Source: Octopus sinensis
Lineage: Eukaryota
Direction of reading: 5' to 3'
Assembly (NCBI RefSeq): GCF_006345805.1
Contig: NC_043006.1
Location: 22,134,001-22,198,000 of the forward strand
Length of the DNA stretch: 64,000 nucleotides
How positions within the stretch are numbered: the first letter of the stretch is position 1; each line of letters starts with the position of its first letter. The notes below the pieces were generated by a model. The model did not search any database. It worked only from the letters and a program-made list of their open reading frames with translations, and had not been told where the DNA came from. The position numbers were made by a program, and so were the translations under genes. Positions 12,173 through 25,624 of this stretch are shown here, piece by piece.

Positions 12173-13006
12173 ATATTTCTTTACTACCCACAAGGGGCTA
12201 AACATAGAGGGGACAAACAAGGACAGACAAAGGGATTAAGTCGATTACATCAACCCCAGTGGGTAACTGGTACTTAATTTATCGACCCCGAAAGGATGAA
12301 AGGCAAAGTCGACCTTGGCGGAATTTGAACTCACAACGTAACGACAGACGAAATACCACTAAGCATTTCGCTCGGCGTGCTAACGTTTCTGCCTACGGTT
12401 TAACCTACGCGCCTTAGTGTAAGTAACTGTCATCGAACAGTGTCGTTCCCGCCACTATCGTGACTACCAACCACAAACGAACAACAGCCATCACAAACAG
12501 ACAACAAATAAACATCATCATCATCAACGCTTCCGCTAGTTACCAGTATCATCTTATTTTAGTTACTTCCCTTATCGTGACACAAAAGATAGTTACAGAC
12601 ATACTATTGTACTAACATAATGATTTCAAATTTTGGCACAAGGCCAGCAATTTCGGAGAGGGGATAAGTCGATTACTTACTCCAGTAATAAACATCCCGA
12701 AAGGATGTAAGACAAATTTCGGCAGAATTTGAACTCGGAACGTGAAGCATTTCGCCCGGCGTGCAAACGGTTCTTATTTGTTTATTGCCCACAAGGGGCT
12801 AAACATAAAGGGGACAAACAAGGACAGACAAAGGGATTAAGTCGATTACATCAACCCCAGTGGCTAACTGGTACTTAATTTATCGCCCCCCGAAAGGATG
12901 AAAGGCAAAATCGACCTTGGCGGAATTTGAACTCACAACGTAACGACAGATAAAATACCACTAAGCATTTCGCCCGGCGCGCTAATGTTTCTGCCAGCTC
13001 GCCGCC
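12173..13006 (-). mobile_element. Cluster of SINE family A copies (12173-12392, degenerate 12600-12770, 12774-13006)
   Basis: Reverse complements of the family A sequence. Confidence 0.87.
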
Positions 13007-13024
13007 TTTTTAATAAAATATATG

Positions 13025-13585
13025 TGAGTGAGAAGACCCGGCAGGACAAGTGAGACCATAACCCGTGGCCTTCTACACGGGATGTAGCCAGTCCACTTAT
13101 GCATACCTTCCCTTCTTGGGACACAAAACTCTACTTGTGAAGACCTGTTGAGGCAAGTGAGAATCAGAATTGAAATCGATCAATGGAAATTGCAGCTGAG
13201 ATACCAGTGCCGGTGGCACGTAAGAGAACCATCCGAACGTGGCCGTTGCCAGCGCCGCCCCGACTGGCCTCGTGCCAGTGGCACGTAAAAAGCACCATCC
13301 GTTCGTGGCTGTTGCCAGCCTAGCCCAGCCCCCGTGCTGGTGGCACATAAAAATCACCATCCGATCGTGGCCGTTTGCCAGACTCGTCTGGCACCTGTGC
13401 CGGTGGCACGTAAAAAGCACCCACTACACTCATGGAGTGGTTGGCATTAGGAAGGGCACCCAGCTGTAGAAACATTGCCAGATCAGACTGGGCCTGGTGC
13501 AGCCTTCTGGCTTCACAGACCCCAGTTGAACCGTCCAACCCATGCTAGCATGGAGAGCGGACGCTAAACGATGATGATGATGATG
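13025..13585 (+). mobile_element. Family C, long copy
   Basis: Begins with a putative ORF end (EKTRQDK*), then four gtgccggtggcacgtaaaaagcacc-type units, conserved tail and (gat)n. Confidence 0.85.
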
Positions 13586-13626
<41 letters not shown>

Positions 13627-14030
13627 CGTTGGCTGTAAAAGAATATAATATGAAGTGAGACATGCACTTTCAGATTCGGTCCTACAGCACAGTACTTTGG
13701 ATGAGTGCCTTCTATAGCCCTGGCTCGACCAATGCTTTGGGAGTGAATTTGGTAGAAGTAAAGTGTATAAAGTCCATTGCAAATACAAGTGTGTATGCAC
13801 ATGCACATTATGTGTGTGCATATGTGAATATTGAGATCACTGTCCTACAGACAGTGTTGTCTATTATCATTTCTCCATCACCAGGCTGTCAGCAGTTCTT
13901 CAATTTTGATGACAAGTAGAATGAAAAAAACCTTGACAATGTTTCACCTAATCCATGATACCATGAGAAAAATGGACATAAAATGAATGCTGACATGTAA
14001 TAATAGGATAAATTATGTATTATGTATATA

Positions 14031-14062
<32 letters not shown>

Positions 14063-14064
<2 letters not shown>

Positions 14065-14450
14065 CGCAGGAGTGGCTGTGTGGTAAGTAGCTTGCTTACC
14101 AACCACATGGTTCCGGGTTCAGTCCCACTGCGTGGCACCTTGGGCAAGTGTCTTCTGCTATAGCCCCGGGCCGACCAAAGCCTTGTGAGTGGATTTGGTA
14201 GACGGAAACTGAAAGAAGCCCGTCGTATATATGTATATATATATATATGTGTGCGTGTCTGTGTTTGTCGCCCTAGCATTGCTTGACAACCGATGGTGGT
14301 GTGTTTATGTCTCCGTCACTTAGCGATTCGGCAAAAGAGACCGATAGAATAAGTACCGGGCTTACAAAGAATAAGTTCTGGGGTCGAGTTGCTTGATTAA
14401 AGGCAGTGCTCCAGCATGGCCGCAGTCAAATGACTGAAACAAGTAAAAGA
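14063..14450 (+). mobile_element. SINE family B, full length
   Basis: ggcgcaggagtggctgtgtggtaag...gactgaaacaagtaaaaga; (TA)n on both sides. Confidence 0.92.
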
Positions 14451-14473
14451 TATATATATATATATATATATAC

Positions 14474-14773
14474 GGAGGCACAATGGCCCAGTGGTTAGGG
14501 CAGCGGACTCGCAGTTGTGGGATCGCGGTTTCGATTCCCAGACCAGGCGTTGTGAGTGTTTATTGAGCAAAAACACCTAAAGCTCCACGAGGCTCCCGCA
14601 GGGGGTGGTGGCGATCCCTGCTGTACTCTTTCGCTGCAACTTTCTCTCACTCTTTCTTCTGTTGACCTGCTTGCTTAGCCAGCGGGGTGGCGTCATTTGA
14701 AGGCTAAAACAATGCAAGCGCATTGTGACCAGCAATGTGTAGCAACATCTGATAGCCTGGTTGGTCACATGAT

Positions 14774-14782
<9 letters not shown>
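14474..14782 (+). mobile_element. SINE family D (tRNA-derived)
   Basis: ggaggcacaatggcccagtggttagggcagcggactcgc...ggtttcgattccc (A and B boxes); second copy at 55980-56288. Confidence 0.88.
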
Positions 14783-14818
<36 letters not shown>

Positions 14819-15499
14819 GGCACAGGTGTGACTGTGTGGTTAAGAAGTGAATTTTGCAACCACATAGTTGCAGGTTCGGTCCTTCCATGTGGTACCATCG
14901 GACAAGAGTTTCTGCTAAAACTTTGTGAGTGGATTTGGCAGACAAAACTGAACCACTGCTTGACAACTTGTGTTGAGTTTTTTTTTTTATAAAACCACAG
15001 CAACAAAATCCAAAAGCAAGGGAGACAACTGTAATAATACACACTGCTGAGATTACAACCAAACAAGAACGACAGCTTGTTACAATAATTGCATAAATAT
15101 TTTATGGAGAAGACAACCATAAAAAAAAATTACAAAATATCGATCTCTTAGGAGAGTCAATTTCTGAAAATCAGATCCTTTTTTTTTTTTTCCAAACCAT
15201 AGCAAACTAGTATATCTTATTGCCTTTTAATGAACTGACTGGATGAGACAGGCTTCCTGTTGTATTCTCATTTCTTTTAGCCATCCTTATTGTTTTCATC
15301 ATCATCATCATCATCTTTCTATGCTAGCAAGAGTCTGTCAGATGATACTCACCGAGGTAGATTTTCTACAGGTGGATGCTTTTCTTTGTTACTGATCATC
15401 ACCCATTTCCAAGCAATGTAATAAACCCCCTGGATCTTTGAACGCAAACAGCATCATTACTACGATGATGCTTGAAAACAATTAACGCACACATATGTA

Positions 15500-15725
15500 T
15501 ACTCTTTTACTTGTTTCAGTCATTTGACGGCGGCCATGCTGGAGCACCGCCTTTAATCGAGCAACTCGACCCCGGGACTTATTCTTTTGTAAGCCCAGTA
15601 CTTATTCTATCAGTCTCTTTTGCCGAACCACTAAGTGACGGGGACATAAATAACACCAGCATCGGTTGTCAAGCAATGCTAGAGGGACAAACATAGACAT
15701 ACAAACACACACACGCATATATATA

Positions 15726-15756
<31 letters not shown>

Positions 15757-15928
15757 CATATATACGACGGGCTTCTTTCAGTTTCCATCTACCAAATCCA
15801 CTCACAAGGCATTGGTCGGCCCGAGGCTACAGTAGAAGACACTTGCCCAAGGTGCCACGCAGTGGGACTGAACCCTGAACCATATGGTTGGTAAACAAGC
15901 TACTTACCACACAGCCACTCCTGCGCCT
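15500..15928 (-). mobile_element. SINE family B, full length
   Basis: Reverse complement of the family B sequence. Confidence 0.92.
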
Positions 15929-16324
15929 ATGTGTATGTATGTATATAATAATATTTGTTTTTATGTCAAGCTATACCTAAAAACAATTTAATATTAAACT
16001 GAAGGTTCAAATTCTGCCGAGGTCAACATTGCCTTTCATCCTTTTGAGGTTAATAAATAAGTACCAGTTGAGCACTGGAGTTGATGTAATTGACTCACCA
16101 AAATCGATGGCCTTGTACCAAAATTTTAAAATCAATATTAAACTGAAGGATTATTCAAGTAAGAGGCCTCTTATTTCACGTGTCTTCAAATGTGGAAAGC
16201 ATACTCTTTTACTTGTTTCAGTCATGTGAATGTGGCCATGCTGGAGTACCACCTTTAGTTGAGCAAATTGACCCCAGGACTTATTCTTTGTAAGCCTGGT
16301 ACTTATTCTATCGGTCTCTTTTTC

Positions 16325-16740
16325 TATTCCTTCTTGTACTGTATTTCTTGTAATTGTATTTTTATTTTGTATTTGTTTTTAATTGTATTGTTTTTACGTC
16401 CTGTTTTTGTCACATTCTTTTTCCTTGTTTTTACCCCTCTGCAAAGGAATTTTATTTAATTCTTTCGCAGGAAGGACTAGTTCGATGAGACGTGTTCTGT
16501 CCTCACTTTTGAAACACACTAGAGTTGAACTAGGGACGGCTGATGAAGGGGATTTTTCCTTGTGTAGTTGTCTTGTACTCTGTTTTTTTGTTGTTAAAGG
16601 AATGGTCCGTTCCATGCTGTTTTTATGTTTTCGTTTCTTGTTGAGTTCTACGTCTATTTGTGGTGTCCTGTACATACGTATATATATTTATATATGCATG
16701 TATATATACATGTAGATGTAGGTACGTACATATATGTTTG
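16325..16740. mobile_element. Interspersed repeat, possibly a Penelope-like terminal-repeat derivative
   Basis: Shares gtacaggaca and gaaa...ctgaYgaaggg motifs with 45460-45955; abuts a truncated SINE B at 16203-16322. Confidence 0.4.
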
Positions 16741-17492
16741 TATGTATGCATATATTTTATTTATTACACTATATATATATATATATATATATAAGTTCAG
16801 CAAAATTTAGATTCAAATGAATTTGGTACTTAAGTTAGATGCACCAGAATTTTGTATGGTGTTATCCATATAAATCCATAATATGAAAATTATGTATTAA
16901 TGGAAAACCTCTATAAATGGCTGATGATTGCAGCATGCATATATGTGTGTGTGTGTGTGTGTGTATGTGAGTGTGCATGTGCATGTGTTTGTATTATCCC
17001 CACCACCACAACTATTTCACAACACACTTTGGTTCGTTTCTATTCCCTATAACTTAGCAGTTTGGCAAAACAGACTAAGAGAATAAGCATCACCCTTAAA
17101 AAATAAGTACTGGGGTCAATTTGTTTGACTAAAGCCTAAACCCTTCGAAGTAGTGCCTCAGCATGGCCACAGTCCAATGACAAGAAACAAGTGAAAGACA
17201 AGAGATGAAAGACAAAATAATGAAGAATTTAGTCGAAAACACCTTAATCCATATTAAGTTGGTGTTTGGTAACATAAATTAGCATGGAATTTTAAAAGAA
17301 GGCTTTAATTTAAATCACTTTGGAACAAGAAATTTATATCACAGAACTAAGAAGTGGTCTAGGGCGGAGTAGTATCAAAGAGTTAAAGTTGGAGGTGTTT
17401 GTTTTGTTACCCGGTCTATCAGCACTGAACTAATGGTGTCACTCATATGCCAATAGTCCCAAATATCATTTATTATACACCAAACTGAAATC

Positions 17493-17880
17493 AGCGGCGA
17501 GCTGGCAGAAACGTTAGCACGCCGGACGAAATGTTTAGTGGTATTTCGTCTGCCATTACGTTCTGAGTTCAAATTCCGCCGAGGTCGACTTTGCCTTTCA
17601 TCCTTTCGGGGTCGATAAATTAAGTACCAGTTACACACTGGGGTCGATATAATTGACTTAATCCGTTAGTCTGTCCTTGTTTGTCCCCTCTGCGTTTAGC
17701 CCCATGTGGTAGTAAAGAAATAGGTATTTCGTCTGCCGTTATGTTCTGAGTTCAATTTCCGCCGAAGTTGACTTTGCCTTCCATCCTAGATAAATTAAGT
17801 ACCAGTTATGTACTGGGGTCAATCTAATTGACTGGCTTCCCCACAAAAAATTTCAGGCCTTGTGCCTATAGTAGAAAAGA
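17493..17880 (+). mobile_element. SINE family A plus a tandem second partial copy
   Basis: Full copy to 17722, then restarts at ggtatttcgtctgccg. Confidence 0.85.
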
Positions 17881-19815
17881 ATATCATTATCATCACAAAC
17901 ATTTAACATCCGTTTTCCATGCTGGCATGAGTTGGACGCCTTGACAAGAACTGGCAAAGCCAGGCGCTGCACCCGGTTCCATAGTCTGTTTTGGCTTGGT
18001 TTCTACAGCTGGATATCCTTACTAACACCAACTACTCCAGAGTGTACTGGATGCTTTTTTTATGTGGCACCATCACCAGTGCTTTTTAAGTGGCACCAGC
18101 ACCCATACCAATGCTTTTTATGTGGCATCTTGGTTTCAGGATCTCAATTCTATTGCAGTGGGGTAGGTCTCCTTGAGTACAGCAATGCACCCGACACCAA
18201 ACAGAAAATGTGGTAATATTATTCATTTGTTGAGTTAACATCATTTTAAGCATTTTCTTAGCAATCTACCATAAGTAGTATGACACATTTTTGGATTTAC
18301 CTGCCAACTCCTACTTAATTCTTCTAGTTATAATAATAATAATAATAATAATAACTATTATTATTATCATAATCATCCTTATTACTGTCATTATCATTAT
18401 CGTTGTTGTATACGAGTGAGTCATATCTGATAACAGGTTGCAAAATTGTTCGCCCATCTACTGACTATCAAGAAAAACTGTACAGGAGAGAAACTTTACA
18501 CGTTATATAGCTAAATATACAACATCTTTTTCAGTGCAGCAAGGTGACGTATCAGCTGTGATGTTTTCGTACGGTTTTTAATTGCATTGATGAAATAAAT
18601 GAGTGAATGCTGAGTCATAAAAGGCAACACCTCGTTAACGAAAAGCAGTTTGCGTAAAGCAATATTTCAAGTTGCTGCCTGCCGTATGTATTTTATTGAC
18701 ATTCACAAGTATAGTTATTTGCTGTTCACTAGTATACTTTACGTTTGTTCGTTGTTGTATATTTTAATTGTTGTTCACTGCTATTTATTTTAATTGTTGT
18801 TCAATAGGGTCTCTATCAATAAATGTTGGCCATACTTCTACTCAGGTAGGTGCAGGCCTAGGCAAGACTTTTTGAGGAAGACTAGCGGTTGCTTATGCTT
18901 CCAAATCTCTCCCCCGTGGCTGGAATGCGACGATTGGGCATGGCTCTTTGGTATGACTGACTGGACATTGAACCTGTTTTGGCAACTGTAATTTTTGGCA
19001 CTGGAAGCAAACACACACAGGTGGAGAGAGAGAAAGAGAGAGAGAGACTTTACTATTTATTAATTGAATCTGATTATCGTAAAAAAAAAACTTTCCCTCT
19101 CCTCATACATAAAAAGCTAAATATGCTCACATATATAAACAAAGAGAGAGAGGAGAGAGAGAGAGAGGAGAGAGAGGGGGGAGGGGTAATAATAAAAGGT
19201 ATTAAATGATCTTGATTGCTGCAAACAAGTCCCCTCAGATTTGTAACATTCAGGATCATTTAAAACATCTCAATATTTCTCTCTCTCTCTTTCTCTCCCC
19301 GATTTTTTTTCTCACAGTGCCAAAATTTAAATTCATTGTCAGTTCTACTTTGTCAAAGATGTTTAGAAATCCATTGTGAGAAAAAATTTCTCTTCTCCAC
19401 ATTTCTTCAATATTTCACCAGCCATCATATTCCTAAAGTGAAGCAGAAAGCTAAATTAAGTTTAGTAATTATGATTACTAGTTTGTTGTCAACTAGAATT
19501 AAAACAAAATTTTCACAGTGCCAACAGGACCTGAGGACAAAACATATGATGTCAAATGAGTCAGTATTATACCAGCAATGCCAAACAGATGGCGCCAAAA
19601 GAGCTGAGCCAAAACGTACCACACCCCTCCATGATACTGATGTTTATCCAGTCTTTGGGCCAATACAACTTGGCATCAGTGTCATTACAAGCATTGCAGT
19701 CAGAATACAAAGAGCCAGGACAGACACCACAAGACATCTTCTGCAAGCCTCCAACAAACAGTTTTGCTAATTCATATTGTTCACTACTATGTATTTCAAG
19801 TTGTTCATTAGTAAA

Positions 19816-19991
19816 GGCGCAGGAGTGGCTGTGTGTTAAGTAGCTTGTTTACCAACAAGTGGATAGTTCCGGGTTCAGTCCCACTGCATGGCACCTTGGG
19901 CAAATGTCTTCTACTATAGCCTCGGGACGACCAAAGCCTTGTGAGTGGATTTGGTAGACGGAAACTGAAAGAAGCCCGTCGTATATATGTA

Positions 19992-20047
<56 letters not shown>

Positions 20048-20252
20048 CGTGTATGTTTGTGTGTCTGTGTTTGTCCCCCTAGCATTGCTTGACAACCGAT
20101 GCTGGTGTGTTTATGTCCCCGTCACTTAGCGGTTCGGCAAAAGAGACCGATAGAATAAGTACTGGGCTTACAAAGAATAAGTCCCGGGGTCGAGTTGCTC
20201 GATTAAAAGGCGGTGCTCCAGCATGGCCACAGTCAAATGACTGAAACAAGTA
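19816..20252 (+). mobile_element. SINE family B, full length
   Basis: Family match with an expanded internal (TA)n. Confidence 0.92.
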
Positions 20253-21483
20253 CAAGTGTAGAGTATACGTTATACTTGTTCACTGATATACAGTTGCTAT
20301 CTGCTATATATTTCAAATTGCGTTTTGCGATATTGTATTTCTGTCCAAAAATATTTTTCATTGCTGTTTACTGGTGTACGTTGTATATATTGTGTTCACT
20401 GCTACATTTTATAGTCATCCGTTGATGTATTTTATTTTTGTTCACTACCACATTGTATTTTTGTTCACTAGTACATTTTGTCGCTCACTGGCAAATATTT
20501 CAAGTTGTTCACTGATATACTGTATTTTTATTCACTGGTATATTTGTAGTTGTTCACTGGTATATATATATATATATTTTATATTTGTTCACTGCTATAT
20601 TTCATAGCTGTAGTCAAAGGAATTATAAATGTCATCATGAACAACCAACCAGAAGCTTTCTTCGGGAAGAAAGGAAAAAAATTATAAGTAACACACTCCA
20701 ACATATTTATTGAAAACAGTCGATACTCAGGGAAAATAGAACATTTACCATCTTTAACAGACATTTTTTTTTTACCTTTTCTCAAATATTTCAATAGTTT
20801 GAAGTAAATTGAAAAATATTTTCAAGATGAACCTAACATAAAGATAACCCCCACTCTAGACATGGATCAATTATATTTGTTCCGTACTGTGATCACATCA
20901 AAGTAATATCTTATTAAAGGAAAATTAAAAAAAAAAAAATTGTCTGCAGATGAAATTAACTTAGCACAGCTGGTTTATTATTTTCAAGTTGTTACCAAGA
21001 AGTACACGTATCTTTGATAAATGCAAGAATTCATAGTCGGTGGAACAAAAACCTTATCACTACTTTTAAGAGAAATTCCTTAAATCAAACTGCAAGTTAT
21101 TTTATATTTCCAGTGAACAGTTTCTGTAAGATAATGAAATTTCTGTTTATGCTTGGAGCTATTTTCACAGAAGTACTGAGGTCATCACAAGCAAAATAAT
21201 CTACATTGATTGAAAGACTCAAGGAAAGATTCTTTTTTTTTTTTTGTATAAATGAATAAATGAGATGAAAGCCTAAAGCTGATTCATCTACTGCTGACAA
21301 CGTATGCTGGGATGTAGGTAGATATGATCCCATGCAACCCCCCCCCCAAAAAAAAACAACAACATAGGATGCAGCAAATAAGATATATAAATTCTTTGAA
21401 CCAAATATTTTATTATATGTGATTGTTTCTGCTACCTAGGTGATCTAATTAGCATCAATAAAGAAGCAACAATAAAGTAATAC

Positions 21484-21538
<55 letters not shown>

Positions 21539-21852
21539 TGGGGAGAGAGAGGGAGTGAAGGAAGCTCAGGGAACTGTTGTCTCTGTTAGCAACAGAAGGT
21601 TTTGCTTCTACGTTGAATTGATCCATTGGATGTGTAATATTAAACAGCGTGAAAGGCAGGGTAGAAGTGAGCTGAGAAAGCAGCTGGTCGTTAAAGGCAT
21701 CAGTTGATGTGTAACAGCAGAGATGACTGAACTAATGTGAACACATCAATCGGATGGACAATGAGTAGTACTAGTAGTAGTAATAGTTGGAGTAAAGATC
21801 TGTGTATTGATGATAGAAGGCATCTGTAACAAGGGTTAGATGAAGGGTGAAA

Positions 21853-22129
21853 AGAAGGTAGGAAGAGGAAGATCAAGGAAGAGAAGAAGGTACTTGGAGT
21901 AGAAGAAGATCAGAGTAAAACAGAAGGTACCTGGAGCAGAGGAAGATCAGAGTAAAATAGAAGGTACTTGGAGTAGAGGAAGATCAGAGTAAAATAGAAG
22001 GTACTTGGAGTAGAAGAAGATCAGAGTAAAACAGAAGGTACCTGGAGCAGAGGAAGATCAGAGTAAGATAGAAGGTACCTGGAGCAGAGGAAGATCAGAG
22101 TAAAATAGAAGGTGCTTGGAATAGAGGAA
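21853..22129. repeat. 37-bp purine-rich minisatellite, ~7 copies
   Basis: agaaggtacYtggagYagaRgaagatcagagtaaaaY units start at 21885, 21922, 21959, 21996, 22033, 22070, 22107. Confidence 0.93.
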
Positions 22130-22969
22130 ACTCTAGAAAAAAAGTGGGTCAGATCTCAGGATGCTGAGCTTTAGAGATGATAATGATCATCATCATCATC
22201 ACCACCACCACCACCACCACCACAACCACCATCTCTTGACTACCATAAGCACCTGAAACAATTAACAAAAGCGTGGTACAAGCTACTACATCATATTCCC
22301 TAATGAGTGAGTGATGGCTGAGTATATACATCATGTTACCATTAGAATACCATTCCAGAGCCTTTCCAAATCTTCTTTGGTCTATCTACACAAAAGATAT
22401 TTTCCACTATTGAAAGACCACGTGTTTGCACCTAGCATGAGTCATCCATCTGCAACCTGCACAGCCGTCGTCATAGAAACATATATGCCTACTCTAACCA
22501 CTTCTACTTAGCCTTTCACCAAAGTCAGTACATCCAAAATCCATTTTATGTTTTTTTTAATTACTTTAAACATTCTGCACCTCTGTTGCACTTGGTTCAA
22601 TGGAGAGGAAAGCAGCTGCAGCAATGCAGTACAGAGTGCAAGATGATGCAGGTAAGACATCTTTGTCATCCACTGCATCTGTCTCCATCTCTAATTATCT
22701 TGACCTGGCCTGGCCTTACCACTTGAGTAAAGATGGTCATGGATGAGCGAGTGAGGTTGATGGTATGCAACTCTTCTTCACTTTAAACAAAGTCATCATG
22801 CAAGATGTTAGTCATCATTAAGGATGACTAGATCCATTGCTTTGACAGATGAACATGAACATTGTAATATCAGTACTTCATAGCATGTACGTTCTCATTT
22901 TGAAGTAAAACGAAAAAAAAATTTTTATTCTCTTTTGAATCACTTTGCTATCATTACTCATGTTAAAAT

Positions 22970-23232
22970 CAGTGTTCTTTAACCATTATTTGCCTATGAA
23001 CCCCTTTCATTCCTATTTTACTCAGGGAGGGAGGGGGGAACTAGGCAATCAGTGTCTAAAAAAACTTCCATAATATTTTTTTAAGTAAATATTATTAGGA
23101 ATTGAATAAAAAAAAATGTTTAAATATTTTGTGTATCGTCAAAGTATAAACAGTTTTGTTGCACATAAATTTTAACAACAAAATCTCATGTGGACCCCTT
23201 AGGGTCATATGGACTCCAGTAGAGAATCACTG
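22970..23232. mobile_element. hAT-type MITE
   Basis: TIRs cagtgttct... / ...agaatcactg; subterminal ggacccc motifs; related to 51578-51890. Confidence 0.7.
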
Positions 23233-23819
23233 TGCTAAATAAACCTCAAGTGCCCCTGGAGATGAGGACACAACTACACTACACATTCATTCGTGCAACA
23301 CAAATGAATATATATCTGTTACACACAAGTGAAAAAGATAGCTGTTTCCTTGACTTCTGATACTGAGATGGGATCAATCAATGGTTGACTTTAGTGACAG
23401 ACAAAATGAAAGTTGTATAGTGTTATGAAGCTGATGTCTATGAAAGGCAGAAGTGACAAAGGCAAAAGGAAAACAAATGAATTGGAAAGAGAAACCAGGC
23501 TCCATAGATTCTGCAAGCTTTCCCTTCTGTTTACATTTCATTTACATTATTCACATTATTACATTCTGTTTACATTTACTTTGCGACACTCACCAATGAA
23601 TTAAATTAATAAATAACACATCTATACCTGACGTGTTTTAATAGTATTTATGGGGTTATGTGTATATAAGCACATATATATATATATATATATATATATC
23701 TTTGTCTTATTGTCTTATATCCATTTCACACGCTAGCATGGATTAGATGAAATGACCTGGGCAAGTGTGGAGCAAAATAGATGCTAAAATGATGATGAGG
23801 AGGACGACACTGACGACAA

Positions 23820-24225
23820 CATCATCATCATCATCGATTAACGTCCGCTTTCCATGCTGGCATGGGTTGGACGATTTGACTGAGGTCTGGCGAACCAGAT
23901 GGCTGCACTAGACCCCAATCTGATCTGGCAGAGTTTCTACATCTGGATGCCCTTCTTAATGCCAGCCACTCCGTGAGTGTAGTGGGTGCTTTTACATGCC
24001 ACCGGCACAAGAGCCAGTCAGGTGGTACTGGCAATGGCCACGCTCATATGGTGCTTTTTATGTGCCACCTGCACAAGAGTCAGTCCAGCAGCACTGGCAA
24101 CGGCCTCGCTCGAATGTTTTTTCACGTGCCACCAACACAAGTGCTAGTAAGGCGATGCAGGTAACGATCATGCTTGAATGGTGTTTTTAACGTGCCATTG
24201 GCTCAGAGGCCGGCTTGTTGCTCTA
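23820..24225 (-). mobile_element. Family C
   Basis: (cat)n tail and family C body on the reverse strand. Confidence 0.83.
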
Positions 24226-24229
24226 GTCC

Positions 24230-24390
24230 CAACAGTGACAATATAATAACATCACAAACTGCTACAAAGGCAAAGAGGATGCTATACAAAAGAAAAAGTT
24301 GCACAAGCACCAAACTGATGGAACACATCATAAAAGTGGTTGAGAGAGTCACAAGAGAGCTCATCGGGGAGAAAATCAGCTTACATTAGA
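24230..24390 (+). pseudogene. Decayed RTE reverse-transcriptase fragment
   Basis: Translates to KEDA...KLMEHIIKVVERVTRELIGEKISL, resembling RTE KGDA..NYRGIKLL.H.MKV.ERV. Confidence 0.55.
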
Positions 24391-24419
24391 TCAGTGCTTC
24401 TGAACCATTTTTTCACCAA

Positions 24420-24822
24420 GGTCGATCAACATCAGTGGAAATTGCAGCTGTGGTTAAGCGAACCATCCGATCGTGTCCGTTGCCGGCTCCGCCCCGTCTG
24501 GCCTCCGTGCCGGTGGCACATAAAAGCAACATCCGTTCATGTCCATTGCCAGCCTCGCTTGGCCCCCGTGCCGGTGGCACGTAAAATCACCATCTGTTCG
24601 TGGCCGTTTGCCAGCTTCGTCTGGCACCTGTGCGGGTGGCACGTAAAAAGCACCCACTACACTCACGGAATGGTTGGCGTTAGGAAGGGAATCCAGCCGT
24701 AGAAACACTGCCAGATCAGACTGGGCTTGATGCAGCCTTCCGGCTTCACAGTCCCCAGTTGAACTGTCCAACCCATGCTAGCATGCAAAGCGGACGCTAA
24801 ATGATGATGATGATGATGATGA
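24420..24822 (+). mobile_element. Family C
   Basis: Three internal hairpin units, conserved tail and (gat)n. Confidence 0.86.
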
Positions 24823-25557
24823 TCCCTCTTTAATTGATATTTTATTCTGGTGGAGTACCATAGCCATTTGATGGTTAAAAAATTCTATTGTATTTATGTA
24901 ATTAAGAATCATTTGGAATTGTTCAGTCCCACTAGCATAGCATCTTGGGTAAATGTCTTCCACTATAGCCTCAGGTCAACCAAAGCCCTGTGAATGGATT
25001 TAGTTGGTGGAAACTGAAAAAAGCCTATCAATTACACATGAGCATTAAACTAATACACCTGCTTGTTCTTCCTTCACCTGTCTTCATCTTTTGTTTTCTG
25101 TAAATTTGAATTATCTATATATATATATATATATATATACTCTTTACTCTTTTACTTGTTTCAGTCATTTGACTGAGGCCATGCTGGAGCACCGCCTTTA
25201 GTTGAGCAAATCTACTCCAGGACTTATTCTTTGTAAGCCTAGTACTTATCCTATCAGTCTCTTTTGCCGAACTGCTAAGTTATGGGGACGTAAACACACC
25301 AGCATCGGTTGTCAAGCGATGTTGGGGGGAAAACACAGACACACAAACATATACACACATATACTGGTGCTCCAGCATGGCCGCGGCCTTCGGGCTAAAA
25401 CATTTTTAAGGATTTAAGGATACATATATACAATGGGCTTCTTTCAGTTTCCGTCTCCATTTTTTGGTATCTGATTGTTTGATATAGTTAACCAAATTTG
25501 TTTAACACTGAGTGTGTTGTAGATATCTGCGTGCATTCATTAATCCCTTTTACTTCT

Positions 25558-25624
<67 letters not shown>

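Noticed and set aside
14474-14545. tRNA gene
   Set aside because: A and B boxes continue into a ~300-bp body repeated at 55980; it is a SINE head, as are the heads of families A and B
16500-16565. gaaac...ctgatga as a type II hammerhead (also 45590-45632, minus strand)
   Set aside because: Stems I and II cannot be formed convincingly and the related copy lacks the NUH geometry
19336-19843. Overlapping ORFs of 144 and 95 aa in a slightly GC-richer patch
   Set aside because: No recognisable domain, non-ATG starts and no convincing splice-site pair
21853-22129. 37-bp repeats as a CRISPR array
   Set aside because: Units are contiguous with no unique spacers; eukaryotic context; no cas genes
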